Of a DNA stretch of 64,000 nt, positions 62,688 to 64,000 are shown one piece after another. Position numbers and translations under genes: made by a program. The stretch's first letter is position 1. Each line of letters starts with the position of its first letter. Below the pieces are notes generated by a model. The model made no database searches and was not told the DNA's origin. It worked only from the letters and a program-made list of their open reading frames with translations. This DNA comes from Oscillospiraceae bacterium (GTDB lineage: Bacteria; Bacillota; Clostridia; UMGS1883), in assembly GCA_015068735.1 (NCBI GenBank), contig SVJW01000005.1, positions 321 through 64,320 of the forward strand, written 5' to 3'.

Positions 62688-62694
62688 GCCCTTT

Positions 62695-63480
62695 TTAATT
62701 CTCGTTCAATTTCTGCAGGAAGTGACGGGTTTTTTCATTTTTGGGATTGTCCAGTACTTCCTCAGGTGTGCCGTCTTCTAAAACGACACCATCTGCCATA
62801 AATATAATTCTGTCTGCCACATTTCTTGCAAACTCAATTTCATGGGTAACAATAACCATTGTTACATCCTTTTGCGCCAGGTCGCGGATAACGCGGAGAA
62901 TTTCTCCCGTAAGTTCCGGGTCGAGGGCGCTTGTAGGCTCATCAAAAAACAAAACCTTGGGATTAAGTGCCAGAGCTCTCGCAATGGAAACACGCTGCTG
63001 CTGGCCACCGGAAAGCTGGCAGGGATAGTTATTCATCCTGTCGGAAAGTCCTACGCGGTCTAAAAGCGACTTGGCATTTTCTTCTATTTCTTCAAGAATT
63101 TGCTTCTTGTTCTGCTTATAATCGGGACGTTCCTTTGCAAGAAGTTTGGGCGCAAGGGTGACGTTTTCAAATGCTGTGTATTGGGGAAACAGATTAAAGG
63201 ACTGGAAAACAAGCCCGAAATTAAGCTGGTTTTTACGAATTTCCGAAGAGGACATCTTTTTTGCACTCTCTCCGTCGTAAATGCATTCACCGTCAACGAG
63301 TATCTGCCCCTTATCAGCCTCTTCAAGGAAATTTACACAGCGGAGAAGGGTTGTTTTACCGCTTCCCGAAGAACCTATAACTGCAACAACTTCCCCTTTT
63401 TCCATAGAAAAATCTATACCCTTGAGAACCTGTATTTTGCCGAAATTTTTTACTAAGTTTTTTACTTCTAATATAGCCAT
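62695..63480 (-). CDS. Polar amino acid ABC transporter ATP-binding protein
   Basis: Walker [18 protein letters not shown], Walker B LFFDEPTSALD. Confidence 0.9.
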   Translation of the reverse strand: MAILEVKNLVKNFGKIQVLKGIDFSMEKGEVVAVIGSSGSGKTTLLRCVNFLEEADKGQILVDGECIYDGESAKKMSSSEIRKNQLNFGLVFQSFNLFPQYTAFENVTLAPKLLAKERPDYKQNKKQILEEIEENAKSLLDRVGLSDRMNNYPCQLSGGQQQRVSIARALALNPKVLFFDEPTSALDPELTGEILRVIRDLAQKDVTMVIVTHEIEFARNVADRIIFMADGVVLEDGTPEEVLDNPKNEKTRHFLQKLNEN

Positions 63481-63484
63481 TGTG

Positions 63485-64000
63485 TCAGCTCCTGAAATAA
63501 CTTAATTTCTTTTCTATGTATCCGAACAGCAATGTGAGAATACCGCAGAATACTAAATAGAATGCACCTGCATAGAACATCGGCCACAAAATAGCCTCAG
63601 TTGTACGGAAGGAGTTTGCACTGTGAATAATTTCCTGAACGGCAATAACTCTTGCCAGAGAGGTATCTTTAACAAGTGTTATTATTTCATTGCTCATGGG
63701 GGCAACAATGCGTTTTATTACCTGCAACAGGACAATTTTGAAGAAGACCTGAGTTTTTGTGAGACCCAATACCTGTCCTGCTTCATACTGCCCTTTGCTG
63801 ATGGATTCGATTCCACCGCGGTATATTTCGGAGAAATAGCAGGCATAGTTTATAACAAATGCCAGAAGCGCTGCGGTGAATCTGTCCAGCATAGAAACAT
63901 AGCCTAAAAGTCCCGGACCGTAGAAAACTATGATAAGCTGCAGCATTAAGGGTGTACCGCGGATAATCCATACGAATGTTCTTACAAGCCATTTAAGGGG
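63485..64000 (-). CDS. Polar amino acid ABC transporter permease (5' end beyond window)
   Basis: The frame stays open to the window edge (…PLKWLVRTFVWIIRGTPLMLQLIIVFYG). EAA-like loop (EAGQVLGLTKTQVFFKIVL). Confidence 0.8.
   Translation of the reverse strand, partial: PLKWLVRTFVWIIRGTPLMLQLIIVFYGPGLLGYVSMLDRFTAALLAFVINYACYFSEIYRGGIESISKGQYEAGQVLGLTKTQVFFKIVLLQVIKRIVAPMSNEIITLVKDTSLARVIAVQEIIHSANSFRTTEAILWPMFYAGAFYLVFCGILTLLFGYIEKKLSYFRS

Overview
The window comes from a low-GC Firmicutes chromosome that looks Clostridia-like: it has sporulation genes (cotF-like, sleB-like) and a ctsR-mcsA-mcsB-clpC operon. All calls rest on reading the sequence and ORF translations by eye. No database or HMM search was run.

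(1) 1 to ~27.2 kb is an integrated temperate phage-like element, entered through its integrase; the integrase 3' end and attL lie left of the window. In order it carries:
- an integrase, a CI/S24 repressor and a divergent cro-like switch;
- a complete diversity-generating retroelement (DGR): two tandem target genes with variable repeats (VRs), avd, a 68-bp template repeat (TR) and a reverse transcriptase (RT), sitting unusually in the early region;
- DUF1064, a Sak/Rad52-type annealase and a YqaJ-type exonuclease;
- a replisome organizer with internal iterons, and SSB;
- a 636-aa C5 DNA methyltransferase with eight tandem TRD-like repeats;
- Zn-ribbon proteins and a 1660-aa giant protein;
- a scaffold protein, an N4-gp56/HK97-like capsid protein and small head ORFs;
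- a 918-aa tail/receptor-like protein and an amidase endolysin.
I could not recognise a terminase, portal, prohead protease, holin or any P-loop ATPase in this element.

(2) 27.2-32.5 kb holds small HTH and Zn-ribbon genes, two long palindromes, and a Gly-Tyr-repeat/CxxC lipoprotein. It also holds an SGNH-esterase+VWA membrane protein and a Zn-ribbon membrane protein packed directly downstream of potABCD.

(3) 37.06-38.46 kb is a 1.4-kb non-coding stretch. An intrinsic terminator abuts the potA RBS (candidate riboswitch or attenuator), and there are nested inverted repeats and GC-rich hairpins.

(4) 38.5-64 kb is mostly core genes: comEC, rlmB, an SDR, a phosphodiester glycosidase, cotF-like, ctsR operon with its operator, pfkA, lysA, luxS, mtnN, valS, sleB, and an amino-acid ABC transporter. 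A ~330-bp MITE-like palindromic element lies between valS and an amidohydrolase gene.

The strongest signal is the DGR. All 21 TR/VR mismatches fall on TR adenines, across two VRs.
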